Below are positions 1-9,829 of a DNA stretch of 64,000 nucleotides, one piece after another. Location of the stretch: contig JAZSKI010000008.1 of assembly GCA_045534775.1 (NCBI GenBank), positions 4,820 through 68,819 on the forward strand. Reading direction: 5' to 3'. The notes beneath the pieces were generated by a model. The model was not told the origin of the DNA. It was given only the letters and a program-made list of their open reading frames with translations, and made no database searches. The position numbers were made by a program, and so were the translations under genes. The stretch comes from Clostridia bacterium. Its GTDB lineage: Bacteria > Bacillota > Clostridia > RUG12999. Positions within the stretch are counted from its first letter, which is position 1. Each line of letters starts with the position of its first letter.

Positions 1-640
1 AAATCCTTGTTATAATTCTGGATAATGTAATCCCTGGCGGCGTGAAGGCTGTCGCTTAAATTCATACTCTTATACCTGGTATCGTCCTCAAGATCCTGTT
101 TTATAACACGGGACAGGTGGACGAACATCTCCAGCAGAAGAAGATATATCAGAAAATCGTTCCAGGTTTCCTGCTTATCACGTTCATGGAGGATTTTCTG
201 CAATACACTTAAAATCTCATTTTTAGGTCCCGGATTCAAAGTGATATAAGCACTTTTCTCAAGCTTTCTGATATTGTCAATATAGTCCTCCAACCCCAGA
301 AGCTCGCTTAAGGAAGGATCGGGGGGAGCATTATCGCGACTGCTGAAGGTGAAGCTGAGGACTATAAATTCGCAGGATGCGGACCGCACCTCGAATTTAT
401 GCCATTGCCGCGGCTTGAGTATAACTATGTTATGTGGGGACAAGAGCACCTCTTCCCCGGAAATCCAGAAGGTAGCCGTCCCCTTTTTTATATATACCAT
501 TTCGTAATTATCATGGATGTTTTCCTGCATGGACCATGTGGTATCATGGATTTTTTCAAGAGATTTCACGATAACGGGGAAGTATGTTAAATTAGACATG
601 GTTTCATTCCATGCCTGCGGTAAGAGTAAATTATTCATCA
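1..640 (-). CDS. AraC-family transcriptional regulator, partial (runs off window start); cupin-like N-terminus and start of AraC HTH
   Basis: Manual reverse-strand translation gives an uninterrupted frame from about 640 to position 1: MMNNLLLPQAWNE...ISGEEVLLSPHNIVILKPRQWHKF...LSDSLHAARDYIIQNYNKD. Cupin-type effector domain followed by the AraC HTH beginning. RBS AGGAGGT lies upstream of the ATGATG start on the minus strand. Not in the ORF track because it has no stop inside the window. Confidence 0.55.
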
Positions 641-749
641 TTTACCTCCTGTTACAGTTGGTATGTGTGAAATTTCACACCCTTACATATAATTGTATAA
701 TTATTTTTGGTCATTGTCAATAGTTTTAATAAAAATATTAAAAAAAATA

Positions 750-778
750 TTGCTTTATCCGTAAAAATGTATTATAAT
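750..778 (+). promoter_or_regulatory. sigma-A type promoter upstream of hisD (TTGCTT - 17 nt - TATAAT)
   Basis: TTGCTT at 750-755, 17-nt spacer, TATAAT at 773-778, about 45 nt before the hisD start. No T-box or long leader is visible. Confidence 0.4.
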
Positions 779-824
779 GAATATATGATGATTTTAAACT
801 TTACATAATCGGAGGATAATTTCT

Positions 825-2117
825 ATGAATATTTTTAAACTAAAGGAAATGACTGCTGAGGAAAAGCAGAAAATAATGAAACGTGCGGAGCTTGATATTA
901 CTTCTCACATGATAGTGGCAAAAGAGGTTTCGGATGATGTTAAAGCAAGAGGGGATGCGGCACTTCTGGAATATACCGAGAAGTTTGACAGAGTTAAGCT
1001 TGACGGTGATAAAATAAAAGTACGTCCCGAAGAAATTGAAGCAGGATATGCAAGACTTGATGTAAAAACAAGAGAAGCTATAGAATACGCCGCTAAAAAT
1101 ATAAGAGATTTCCATTCAAAACAAATGCCTGAGGAAATGTGGTTCACAGAAGTGGATAATGGCCTTATGGTAGGAGAAAAAACCACTCCTATAGTGGACT
1201 GCTGTCTCTACGTTCCGGGGGGCAAAGGAAGCTTTCCTTCGGTGCTTCTTATGCTCGGTATTCCCGCAGTAGTTGCAGGAGTACCAAAAATTGTGGTGGT
1301 AACTCCTCCTAACAGTCAGGGTAATGTAGATGATGCAATCCTTGCGGCGGCTAAAATTATCGGTATTACCGAAATATACAAGGTAGGCGGAATCCAGGCT
1401 GTAGCCGCTGTAGCTTACGGTACGGAGACTGTTCCCAAATGTCATAAAATAATCGGCCCCGGCAACTCTTATGCTACAGCCGCAAAACGAGTTCTTGCCA
1501 ATTACATAGATGCAGGTCTGCCTGCAGGACCCAGCGAATCCATAATCCTGGCTGATGAATATGCAGACCCCGAAAAGGCGGCACTTGACTGGATGATAGA
1601 AGCAGAACACGGCCCCGATTCAGCGGCGCTTTTAGTAACTCATTCAAGAGATTTGGCAGATAAGGTACTGCCCATAGTGGAGCGTCAGCTTAAAAAAGTA
1701 AGTGACAGAAGACGCGAATTTATTACTACAAACTTCTCCACCTACGGCGGAATCATTATAACGGATTCTTTAGAAGAATCTATAGATTTTGTAAATGATT
1801 ATGCCCCCGAGCATATGGAGGTTATGACAAAAGAACCTTTTGCAGTATTGCCTAAAATTAAAAATGCAGGCGAAATTTTATTGGGTGATTATACACCTAT
1901 TACCCTCTGTAACTTCCTCTTAGGCCCTAACGCAATCCTGCCTACAGGTCAGTTTGCAAAAACCTATTCAAGTGTTTCTGTATTTGACTTTTTAAAACGT
2001 TCGTCGGTAGGCTATGCAACCAAAGCAGGCTTTGAGGCTGTTCGTGAAAAGGCGGCACTCTTTGCAACGGTAGAGGGCTTTGATTCTCACGCACTTGCAG
2101 TAAAAGACAGAAAATAA
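825..2117 (+). CDS. hisD: histidinol dehydrogenase
   Basis: 430 aa with family-typical motifs (GPGNSYATAAKR, ESIILADEYADPE, HisD C-terminal region). RBS GGAGGA precedes the ATG. Confidence 0.9.
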   Translation: MNIFKLKEMTAEEKQKIMKRAELDITSHMIVAKEVSDDVKARGDAALLEYTEKFDRVKLDGDKIKVRPEEIEAGYARLDVKTREAIEYAAKNIRDFHSKQMPEEMWFTEVDNGLMVGEKTTPIVDCCLYVPGGKGSFPSVLLMLGIPAVVAGVPKIVVVTPPNSQGNVDDAILAAAKIIGITEIYKVGGIQAVAAVAYGTETVPKCHKIIGPGNSYATAAKRVLANYIDAGLPAGPSESIILADEYADPEKAALDWMIEAEHGPDSAALLVTHSRDLADKVLPIVERQLKKVSDRRREFITTNFSTYGGIIITDSLEESIDFVNDYAPEHMEVMTKEPFAVLPKIKNAGEILLGDYTPITLCNFLLGPNAILPTGQFAKTYSSVSVFDFLKRSSVGYATKAGFEAVREKAALFATVEGFDSHALAVKDRK

Positions 2118-2138
2118 TCAGAAAGCGAGGTAACCGGA

Positions 2139-2756
2139 ATGATAAAGATTACCAGAAAAACAACGGAATCCCTTATTACAGTAACCGTATCGGAAGGACC
2201 GGTGGCGGCGGATTACAGAACAAAGATAAACACTCCGCACCCTTTTCTGTCACATATGATTGAACATATTGTATGGAGAAGTGGTCTCAATATTACTACA
2301 GAGGTGAAGCTCGGCGAATTTTTCCTTATGCACGTGGTGTGCGAGGATTTGGGTATTACTCTGGGTAAGGCACTGGCTGAATACGCTGAAGAAAATACGG
2401 CAAATGGTATATACGGCTTCGGCGACGGTATGGGAATTATTGATGAAGCAAGAGCCGTTGCGGCAGTCAGCTTTGAAAACAGGGCATATTTTGATATGAG
2501 CGCAGATTTTATGCCCGCTGAAACAGAGGGCATGAACAGCGAAGACCTGCAGACCTTTTTGGAGGGTATGGCACAAGGTGCCCGTATGACTCTCCAGATA
2601 GACCTGCAACGCGGTGTAAACGGTCACCATATCTGGGAAGCGATTTACCGCGGAGTAGGACTTGCAATAGGAAGAGCCTTCAGCCCTGATGAAAAGCGTA
2701 AGGGGATGACGGCAGGCGTTGCGGGCAATATTGAATTTACCGTGGAGAAAAATTAA
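2139..2756 (+). CDS. hisB: imidazoleglycerol-phosphate dehydratase
   Basis: 205 aa; HIVWRSGLNITTEVKLGEFFLMHVVCEDLGITLGKALAEY is typical of IGPD. RBS GCGAGGT. Confidence 0.9.
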   Translation: MIKITRKTTESLITVTVSEGPVAADYRTKINTPHPFLSHMIEHIVWRSGLNITTEVKLGEFFLMHVVCEDLGITLGKALAEYAEENTANGIYGFGDGMGIIDEARAVAAVSFENRAYFDMSADFMPAETEGMNSEDLQTFLEGMAQGARMTLQIDLQRGVNGHHIWEAIYRGVGLAIGRAFSPDEKRKGMTAGVAGNIEFTVEKN

Positions 2757-3766
2757 TGAAAAAAAGTAAAATAATTTTCGATATGGATGGAGTTATTACC
2801 ACAGAACAGCGTTATTGGGACTGTGCGGCCCTGACTGTCTGGGAAATGTATTTCAGCGAAAAGTATTTCGGAACAAAAAAGCTTGATATGACCGAGGCAC
2901 GGTTAAGGGTAAAGGAAATACGTGACTATGTTTTCTGCGGGGACAGGATTATCCATATTATGAAAAATTACGGTGTTAACAGTAACTGGGATTTGGCGTA
3001 TGCCGTATTGGCAGGAATTATCCATATAGGCGGTGCGGATTTTGAGAAGGTCTGCCGACTGTTTGAAGAAAAAAAACTCCGGGCACCGGAAATTTATGAT
3101 TTTGCAAATGAAATTCTCTGTGAGAAGCTTGCCATGGCGGACTGTAGCCGCAGTAGTGAGCTGTGGCAAAAAATAATGTATGTGTTCCAGGAATGGTACT
3201 ACGGTGACGAGGCATTTGAGGAGCAGTACGGCTTTTCTGCGACAGCTAAAGGAAAAAAAGGCTTTATGCACGGAGAGATACCGATGTTTTCGATTCAGGA
3301 AACGGAAAATTTATTGAAAACTCTCAGGGATAAAGGGATAATTTTGGGTATAGGCACGGGCAGATGTGCCTATGAAATAGAAACACCCCTTAAGCTGTGG
3401 GGACTTGATAAATATTTTGATAAGAAATCCTGCTGCACCTTTGATATGATGGCGGAGGCTGAAAAAAAGCAGGGGATATTTCTTTCAAAACCCCACCCTT
3501 ATACTTTTTTAAAAGCGGCGTTCGGTAATGAATATACTGATGAGCAGCTAATCCGCGGCGAATATGATGACACCTGCGTAAAAGAAATTTTAATCGTAGG
3601 AGATGCGGGGACGGATTTGTTTGCCGCCAAGGCGATGAAAGCGGATTTTGCCGCTGTTCTCACCGGCGTGTCGGGGAAAAAGGCAGAAGCTTTTTTTAAG
3701 GAAAACAATTCGGAGCTGATTTTGGAAAATGTGCTGAAATTAGCGGAAAGGATTGAAAATGATTAA
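2756..3766 (+). CDS. HAD-superfamily hydrolase with large cap domain (candidate histidinol-phosphate phosphatase; function inferred from context only)
   Basis: HAD motif I FDMDGVITT at the N-terminus and motif IV-like IVGDAGTDLFAAKAM near the C-terminus. Start overlaps the hisB stop (TTAATGA). Confidence 0.55.
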   Translation: MKKSKIIFDMDGVITTEQRYWDCAALTVWEMYFSEKYFGTKKLDMTEARLRVKEIRDYVFCGDRIIHIMKNYGVNSNWDLAYAVLAGIIHIGGADFEKVCRLFEEKKLRAPEIYDFANEILCEKLAMADCSRSSELWQKIMYVFQEWYYGDEAFEEQYGFSATAKGKKGFMHGEIPMFSIQETENLLKTLRDKGIILGIGTGRCAYEIETPLKLWGLDKYFDKKSCCTFDMMAEAEKKQGIFLSKPHPYTFLKAAFGNEYTDEQLIRGEYDDTCVKEILIVGDAGTDLFAAKAMKADFAAVLTGVSGKKAEAFFKENNSELILENVLKLAERIEND

Positions 3767-4283
3767 TATCACAACTCCTTTTACAAGGGACGATGCCCTA
3801 AGGCTTCGGGCGGGGGATACGGTCTTGATTTCGGGAACCGTATATACCGCCAGAGATGCGGCTCATAAAAAAATGACCGAGGCACTTGCAAGAGGCGAAA
3901 AACTACCCTTTGATATAGAAAATCAAATCATATATTACGTAGGACCTTGCCCTGCAAAGCCGGGCGAAATAATAGGCTCCTGCGGACCGACAACCAGCGG
4001 CAGAATGGATGCTTATGCACCTGCCTTGATTGAGCTGGGGCTGACGGGAATGATAGGCAAGGGTGAGAGAACACCTCAGGTCTATGAAGCAATGAAAAAG
4101 CATAAGGCAATATATTTCGGTGCAACCGGCGGCGCAGGCGCTCTGCTTGCCGGAAGCGTAAAATCCGTAACAGAAATAGCCTATCCGGAGCTTTTATCAG
4201 AAAGCATAAAAAAGCTTGAGGTAGAAAATTTTCCCGTAGTAGTAATAGGTGACTGCTATGGCGGGAATATGTATATAAGATAA
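3759..4283 (+). CDS. Fe-S hydro-lyase beta subunit (class I fumarate hydratase C-terminal / L(+)-tartrate dehydratase beta family), no alpha partner nearby
   Basis: About 175 aa; MINITTPFTRDDALRLRAGDTVLISGTVYTARDAAHKKM...GPCPAKPGEIIGSCGPTTSGRMD is typical of the TtdB/FumB-C fold. RBS AAAGGA 7 nt upstream of ATG 3759. The ORF track's TTG at 3753 is less likely. Confidence 0.65.
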   Translation: MINITTPFTRDDALRLRAGDTVLISGTVYTARDAAHKKMTEALARGEKLPFDIENQIIYYVGPCPAKPGEIIGSCGPTTSGRMDAYAPALIELGLTGMIGKGERTPQVYEAMKKHKAIYFGATGGAGALLAGSVKSVTEIAYPELLSESIKKLEVENFPVVVIGDCYGGNMYIR

Positions 4284-4320
4284 TAAACAGGCGTGGTTTA
4301 AACACCGCGCCTGTTTTTGG
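4284..4320. terminator. bidirectional intrinsic terminator between convergent genes
   Basis: Hairpin CAGGCGTGG...CCGCGCCTG followed by TTTTTGG on the plus strand and an A-run on the other side. Confidence 0.4.
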
Positions 4321-4329
4321 TTTTATAAA

Positions 4330-5403
4330 TTATTTTACTTCAATAGTCCAGCCAAAGGTGTCTTCAACCTTGCCGGATTGAATTCCTGTTACGGCATCGT
4401 AGATTTTCTGGCTTACTTCGCCGATTTTACCGCCACCGATGTCCATAACATCGTCGCGGTATCTCAGCTTGCCTACGGGAGAAATAACAGCCGCTGTACC
4501 TGTGCCGAACACTTCTTCAAGAGCACCCGTCTTCTGAGCTTCAAGAAGCTCATCAACGGAAACCTTTCTTTCTTCTACGTCAAAGCCCCAGCTCTTGCAA
4601 AGCTCAATTACGGAATTACGGGTAATACCGGGAAGAATACTGCCGTTAAGCATAGGAGTTACAATTTTGCCGTTTATTTTGAAAAAGATGTTCATAGCGC
4701 CAACTTCTTCAATATATTTTCTTTCAACACCGTCAAGCCACAGTACCTGTGAATAGCCGTCATCGTGAGCCTTAACCTGACCTGCGAGAGAAGCCGCGTA
4801 GTTACCGCCTGTTTTTGCAAAGCCCATACCGCCTCTTACGGCTCTTACATACTCGTCCTCAATCCAGATTGCAACGGGAGCAAGTCCACTTGCATAGTAA
4901 GCACCGCTGGGAGAAAGTATTATTATAAACAGGTAGGTTTTTGAAGGAGCAACTCCTAAAAATTCATCGGTAGCGATGATAAAGGGTCTTATGTAAAGGG
5001 ATGTGCCGGGAGCTGTAGGAATCCAATCGGCATCCTCCTTAACGATTGCCTTTACTGCTTCTACAAAATCTTCCTCAGGAAGCTCGGGGATACAAAGTCT
5101 TTTGTTGGTAGCGTTGGTACGCTTTGCATTCATATCGGGTCTGAAAAGACGAACCTTGCCGTCATCACCGCGATATGCCTTAAGACCTTCAAACATTTCC
5201 TGACCGTAGTGAAAAACCATAGCGGCGGGAGCAAGAGAAAGATTTTCGTAAGGAACGATTCTCGCATCGTGCCAGCCCTTGCCTTCGGTGTAATTCATCA
5301 TAAACATATGGTCGGTGAATATCTTACCGAAGCCTAAATTTGACTGGTCCGGCTTCTGCCGGGGGGTTGTTGTGCGTGTAATTTTAATTTCCATTTTAAT
5401 CAA
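4330..5403 (-). CDS. ilvE: branched-chain amino acid aminotransferase
   Basis: 357 aa class IV aminotransferase; the conserved PLP-lysine region (GGMGFAKTGGNYAASL) and overall IlvE collinearity are present. Promoter TTGATT-17-TATAAT sits upstream on the minus strand. Confidence 0.9.
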   Translation of the reverse strand: MIKMEIKITRTTTPRQKPDQSNLGFGKIFTDHMFMMNYTEGKGWHDARIVPYENLSLAPAAMVFHYGQEMFEGLKAYRGDDGKVRLFRPDMNAKRTNATNKRLCIPELPEEDFVEAVKAIVKEDADWIPTAPGTSLYIRPFIIATDEFLGVAPSKTYLFIIILSPSGAYYASGLAPVAIWIEDEYVRAVRGGMGFAKTGGNYAASLAGQVKAHDDGYSQVLWLDGVERKYIEEVGAMNIFFKINGKIVTPMLNGSILPGITRNSVIELCKSWGFDVEERKVSVDELLEAQKTGALEEVFGTGTAAVISPVGKLRYRDDVMDIGGGKIGEVSQKIYDAVTGIQSGKVEDTFGWTIEVK

Positions 5404-5612
5404 TAAGCCTTTCTGCCTGCTGAATTTTACAGAGGACCGCCGCAGGCGTGCGATTATTTATTTCTTTAATTATATACCAATTATTTAAAAAAATCAATAG
5501 CAAATTTATATATTTAACAAAAATTTAATAAAAAAACAGTTGAAAATTTTAAAATAATGTGATATATTATATGTATAAAATGTAAAAATCATTGCGGAAA
5601 GGGTGCGATTTG

Positions 5613-6713
5613 ATGAACGTGCTGTTTTTGACAATATCCACGGGGCAGGGACATACGAGCTGCGGAAAGGCCATTGAAGGGTGTCTTAAAAAAGAAGGAG
5701 TCCACACATATTTTCTTGATGTGTACGGCTATATTCACCCGCTTCTCAGTAAGTCAATATCGGATATTTATCTTTTTGCATCGGGGAAAACCCCTAAGCT
5801 GTACGGCAGGTATTATGACCGCGAGGATTCCGGTAAAAGTAAAATAATTAATGTCGTTTCAAATTTTAACAAAGCCATAAAAAATAAAATCAGAAAATTT
5901 ATTATTGCCAACAGAATTGATGTGGTGGTATGCACTCATTTGTTTGCGGGGCAGATAATGACGATGCTGAATGAAGAGGTGGATGTTTTGACCGTCGGAA
6001 TAGTGACGGATTATACAATTCATCCCAAGTGGGAAACCACAGAGATGGATTATTATGTGCTGGCAGATAAAAGTCTTGGGCATCTGGCTGTGAAAAAGGG
6101 AATATCGGAAGAAAAGCTGATACCCTGCGGAATACCTGTTGATATGAAGTTTGCGAGGAAAAATGATAAAGCCCGTACACGTGAAAAATTAGGTTTTGGT
6201 GATGGAAATCTGATTTTTGTTATGATGGGAAGTATGGGTTACGGCAACATCAGCAATATCATAAACGAAATAGAAGAAAGCGGGATTGATGCGGAGGTAG
6301 CTGTCGTATGCGGCAATAATGCCGCAGCAAAAGCTATTGTTGATGAAAATCCCCACAGGCTTAAGTTTCACTCCTACGGCTTCGTTGATAATGTAGATGA
6401 GTTTATGGATGCGGCTGACTGTATTGTAACAAAACCGGGAGGGCTCAGCGTTACAGAAAGTCTGGCAAAGGAGCTTCCTATGATATTTGTTGACCCTATA
6501 CCGGGACAGGAAGACAGAAATGTGGAGTTTCTGGTTAATAACGGAGTGGGGCTTGCCGTGTCAAAGTCCTATACCCTTTCCAGTGCCCTTAATTTGTTTT
6601 TCGGGGATGATATTCGCCGCAGTGAAATTATCCGGGCAATAAAACGTCTTTCAAAGCCCGGTGCCGCAGAGGAAATCAGCGAGTTTATAATTAAGGCGGT
6701 GAAGAAGGTATGA
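5613..6713 (+). CDS. diacylglycerol glycosyltransferase of the MGDG-synthase/UgtP family
   Basis: N-terminal MNVLFLTISTGQGHTSCGKA (MGDG_synth-type N-domain) and a GT-B C-domain (KPGGLSVTESLAKELPMIF). ATG 5613 is preferred over TTG 5592. Confidence 0.7.
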   Translation: MNVLFLTISTGQGHTSCGKAIEGCLKKEGVHTYFLDVYGYIHPLLSKSISDIYLFASGKTPKLYGRYYDREDSGKSKIINVVSNFNKAIKNKIRKFIIANRIDVVVCTHLFAGQIMTMLNEEVDVLTVGIVTDYTIHPKWETTEMDYYVLADKSLGHLAVKKGISEEKLIPCGIPVDMKFARKNDKARTREKLGFGDGNLIFVMMGSMGYGNISNIINEIEESGIDAEVAVVCGNNAAAKAIVDENPHRLKFHSYGFVDNVDEFMDAADCIVTKPGGLSVTESLAKELPMIFVDPIPGQEDRNVEFLVNNGVGLAVSKSYTLSSALNLFFGDDIRRSEIIRAIKRLSKPGAAEEISEFIIKAVKKV

Positions 6714-7246
6714 AAAAACGGATAATATGGATTGCCGTCATAGCTTTAGTATTAGTAGGTGCGTTTTTCATAGGGAAATACATAGTAATAGATTATGTTT
6801 TTGATAAATACATATTAGAAAATACACTATCGGCAATGAAGGATACAGCACCTGCGACAACGCTTCCCCCTGAGGTTGAGGCAACGCCTGAGGCTGAGCT
6901 GCAGGAAACCACAGAACCGCAAGAAACCGCCGCACCGAAGAAAAAGGTGGATAATATGACAACCGGAGAGGTGGCGGCTGTTGTAGCGCAAACGCCTGAG
7001 TTGATACGAAAGCTGGAATCGATAGTGTCTCATGCGGACAAAGAGAGGGTTATGAGTATAGCACTTTCAAATTTCACCAAGGATGAGATAGCTCATTATT
7101 CATCTAAAGTAGCCGGCGGAATGACACCGGCACTTAAAAGTGAGCTTATGAATGTGGCACGTAGCCGGCTGACTTCGGCACAATGGAGCGAATGTCTTAA
7201 TATTTTTTCAAAATATGTGGAACAACTCAAACCCTATATGGAGTGA
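6710..7246 (+). CDS. hypothetical membrane-anchored protein (N-terminal TM, T/E/P-rich linker)
   Basis: 178 aa. TM helix IIWIAVIALVLVGAFFIG. Start overlaps the preceding stop (ATGA). No recognisable catalytic motifs. Confidence 0.4.
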   Translation: MKKRIIWIAVIALVLVGAFFIGKYIVIDYVFDKYILENTLSAMKDTAPATTLPPEVEATPEAELQETTEPQETAAPKKKVDNMTTGEVAAVVAQTPELIRKLESIVSHADKERVMSIALSNFTKDEIAHYSSKVAGGMTPALKSELMNVARSRLTSAQWSECLNIFSKYVEQLKPYME

Positions 7247-7324
7247 AAAATTTTATAATTTGCAATGTATCAGAAGTTGAAACATAAAAAAATTAAAAAA
7301 AAATAAAAAAAATCGAATTTCCTA

Positions 7325-7353
7325 TTGATTATTTCAAAAAAGTGTGGTATAAT
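7325..7353 (+). promoter_or_regulatory. strong sigma-A promoter with extended -10 driving the S-layer gene
   Basis: TTGATT at 7325-7330, 17-nt spacer, TGgTATAAT at 7345-7353, then a long AT-rich leader to RBS GAGGTGA. Confidence 0.5.
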
Positions 7354-7393
7354 TATTGTACCTATAAATAAAATTTCAATGAGGTGAAGTAAA

Positions 7394-9217
7394 ATGAAAA
7401 GAACAATCAGTCTATTTTTGACGATGTGTGTAGTTGTAATGGGGATGTCTTTTGCATCAGTTTCGGCTGCAACTACTCCGGGAAATGAGCAGCTTTTGTT
7501 GGTGGATGCTATAGCATGGAACGATACTGCACGTAACGATTTGGCGGCGCAGCTCAACATTCTTTCAGCAACCGGTGCAACAACGGCGGATGTAACAGCC
7601 GGTATGGTAACTGCAGTTCAGGCGCTTGTAGCTGCTAACGGTACATCAACGGCTGTTCAGAGCATGGATGATGCGGCTGTAAGAGATGCACTTGAGAGCT
7701 TTGTTACGGCTAACAGAGATTCCAAGTTGATTTATGCAAAACGTGAGCTTCCTAAGGGTTATGTTGCAACAGCTGTACCTGCGGACATTGCTGCAATAGC
7801 GGCTACGCTCAACGAAGAGGTAACAGGCGATGCAGCAAATGACAACGGTACGAAGTTTGTAATCCAGTTCCTCCGTGAAGCTACGCTTATTAACTATGCA
7901 ATGGTATTGCCTGCAGTGCCTGAGTCAGCAGCCTTAGGTTACTACAGCGAAGAAGGTTCAAGAATTGATTTTGAATTTACTAACGATGTTCCTCCTGCTG
8001 TAAAGAGTATTGTTGTTGGCAGAGTAAGCAATCTTATAAAAATGTTCGGCGCTCTTATGACATCAATAGGTGCACAAGCCGGCGATTCTGATGAAGAAAT
8101 TTTTGAAATGTTTGTAAACTATGCTGAGACAGCTATTAACGGAACAGGCGAAGAGCTGGCGTTCTATGAATATGTAATAAGCCACAACCCCAACTATAAT
8201 GATTTGAACGGTACAATTATAGAAGATGGCGGTTCTCCTATTACTGCAGACGATGTTAGTCTGGTTATCCTTACATACGAAGCGGCTGCTATTGGCGGCG
8301 GCGGAAGCTACCTGCCCGAAACAGAGCAGAAGGTATATAATGTAACCTTTGATGCAGGCGAGCTCGGTACTTTGGTAGGCAGTGCAAGTGCACAGGTTGC
8401 AGAAGGCGGAAGAGTTACAAGTGCTCCTACTGTTACGGTTGCAGATGAAAAATATGAATTTGCAGGCTGGTCCTTAGACGGAGAAACAGTTGTGGATGTA
8501 ACTACCGTAGAAATTGTTGCAGATACAGTATTTAAAGCTGTTTATAAAGAAACAACCGTTGAGCCCGAAAAGCCCACTATGCCCAAATTAACAAGCGACC
8601 ATATTGTATATATGATAGGTGATGACAAGGGCTATTTCAACCCTGAACATCATATTTCAAGAGCAGAAACCGCTATAATCATATACAGACTTCTGGAAGA
8701 ACATCCCACAAACATTGTAAAGGGTGCTTTCAGCGATGTAGTGGAAGGTGCATGGTATGAAGAGGCTGTGTATGCTTTGAGTAATTTAGGTGTACTCAAG
8801 GGCTATCACGATGGTACATTCAGACCTGATGCTGATATAACAAGAGCTGAGTTTGCAGCACTTGCAGTAAGATTTACAGATGCTATCGGCAGCAAATCGT
8901 TTATTGACGTATCAAGTGACCACTGGGCAGAGGATTATATTGCAGCTGCTCATGCTGCTGACATTATTCAGGGCTATCCTGACGGTACCTTCAGACCTGA
9001 CGAACCGATTTTACGTTCAGAAGCAACATTGATTATGAATGCACTTTTAGGCAGAGAACCTGATAAAAACTTCATTGATCATCACGCTGAATTGGTACAC
9101 TTCCCTGACGTACCCGAAACTTATTGGGATTACTATGATATTATGGAAGCTACCAACGCTCATGATTATAAATTTGATGACAACGGCGTTGAAAAATGGT
9201 TAGCTGACGAGCAGTAA
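7394..9217 (+). CDS. S-layer protein with C-terminal SLH (S-layer homology) domains and N-terminal signal peptide
   Basis: 607 aa. Signal peptide MKRTISLFLTMCVVVMGMSFASVSAA. Three SLH-like repeats in the C-terminal 200 aa (FSDV..AWYEEAVYAL...GYxDGTFRPD, FIDVSSDHWAEDYIAAAH..GYPDGTFRPD, FPDVPETYW). Confidence 0.75.
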   Translation: MKRTISLFLTMCVVVMGMSFASVSAATTPGNEQLLLVDAIAWNDTARNDLAAQLNILSATGATTADVTAGMVTAVQALVAANGTSTAVQSMDDAAVRDALESFVTANRDSKLIYAKRELPKGYVATAVPADIAAIAATLNEEVTGDAANDNGTKFVIQFLREATLINYAMVLPAVPESAALGYYSEEGSRIDFEFTNDVPPAVKSIVVGRVSNLIKMFGALMTSIGAQAGDSDEEIFEMFVNYAETAINGTGEELAFYEYVISHNPNYNDLNGTIIEDGGSPITADDVSLVILTYEAAAIGGGGSYLPETEQKVYNVTFDAGELGTLVGSASAQVAEGGRVTSAPTVTVADEKYEFAGWSLDGETVVDVTTVEIVADTVFKAVYKETTVEPEKPTMPKLTSDHIVYMIGDDKGYFNPEHHISRAETAIIIYRLLEEHPTNIVKGAFSDVVEGAWYEEAVYALSNLGVLKGYHDGTFRPDADITRAEFAALAVRFTDAIGSKSFIDVSSDHWAEDYIAAAHAADIIQGYPDGTFRPDEPILRSEATLIMNALLGREPDKNFIDHHAELVHFPDVPETYWDYYDIMEATNAHDYKFDDNGVEKWLADEQ

Positions 9218-9248
9218 AATAAAAAAATTAAAAAAATTAAAAAAATGC

Positions 9249-9277
9249 TTGCTATTTGAATAAAAGTGTGATATAAT
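9249..9277 (+). promoter_or_regulatory. sigma-A promoter of the rimP-nusA-infB operon (TTGCTA - 17 nt - TGaTATAAT)
   Basis: -35 at 9249-9254, extended -10 at 9269-9277. Confidence 0.45.
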
Positions 9278-9302
9278 ATTTATATAGTAAGATAGTAACG
9301 AT

Positions 9303-9334
9303 AAAGAGTGGGTTGACAAAACCCACTCTTTTGC
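9303..9334 (+). promoter_or_regulatory. leader hairpin (terminator-like attenuator) between the promoter and the rimP RBS
   Basis: Perfect 12-bp stem AAAGAGTGGGTT / AACCCACTCTTT with a GACA loop at 9303-9330, followed by TTGCTTG. It sits 20 nt before the rimP start. Confidence 0.45.
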
Positions 9335-9352
9335 TTGGGCGGAGGTGATTTT

Positions 9353-9808
9353 TTGAATAAGATTGAAAGCGTTGTGCTTGGTTTGGCGGAACCGATTGCG
9401 GCGGCAGAGGGATGCTATATTTACGATGTGCAGTTTGTCAAGGAAGGAACGAGTAAGTTTCTGCGTGTCTTTGTTGACAGCGATGGTGGCATCAACGTAG
9501 ATGAGTGCGAAAAGATAAGCCGAAGGCTCAGTGATGAGCTGGATAAAAACGATCCTGTTGAAGGCAACTATTTTTTAGAGGTTTCTTCGCCCGGAATTGA
9601 ACGCAGGCTGACTCAGGGCTGGCACTACGAGAAATATAATATGTGCGAGGTTGATGTGAGTCTGTATTCTGCCGTAGACGGCAGTAAAAAGCTGAAAGGT
9701 CTTTTGAAAAGCGCGTCCGAAAATGAAATTGTGATTATATGTCCGGATACGGAAATAACACTGGCGAGGAAAAATATTGCAGCGGTTAATCTGCATTTTG
9801 ATTTTTAA
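9353..9808 (+). CDS. rimP: ribosome maturation factor RimP
   Basis: FLRVFVDSDGGINVDECEKISRRLSDELD...EVSSPGIERRL is typical of RimP. TTG 9353 with RBS GGAGGTG is preferred over the ORF-track start 9335. Confidence 0.8.
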   Translation: MNKIESVVLGLAEPIAAAEGCYIYDVQFVKEGTSKFLRVFVDSDGGINVDECEKISRRLSDELDKNDPVEGNYFLEVSSPGIERRLTQGWHYEKYNMCEVDVSLYSAVDGSKKLKGLLKSASENEIVIICPDTEITLARKNIAAVNLHFDF

Positions 9809-9829
9809 ATATTTGAGGGGGACTTAAAA

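Noticed and set aside
1116-1610. Minus-strand ORFs (91-164 aa) across hisD, and similar antisense ORFs across infB, hppA and secD
   Set aside because: Antisense to genes with unambiguous conserved protein signatures. No RBS support.
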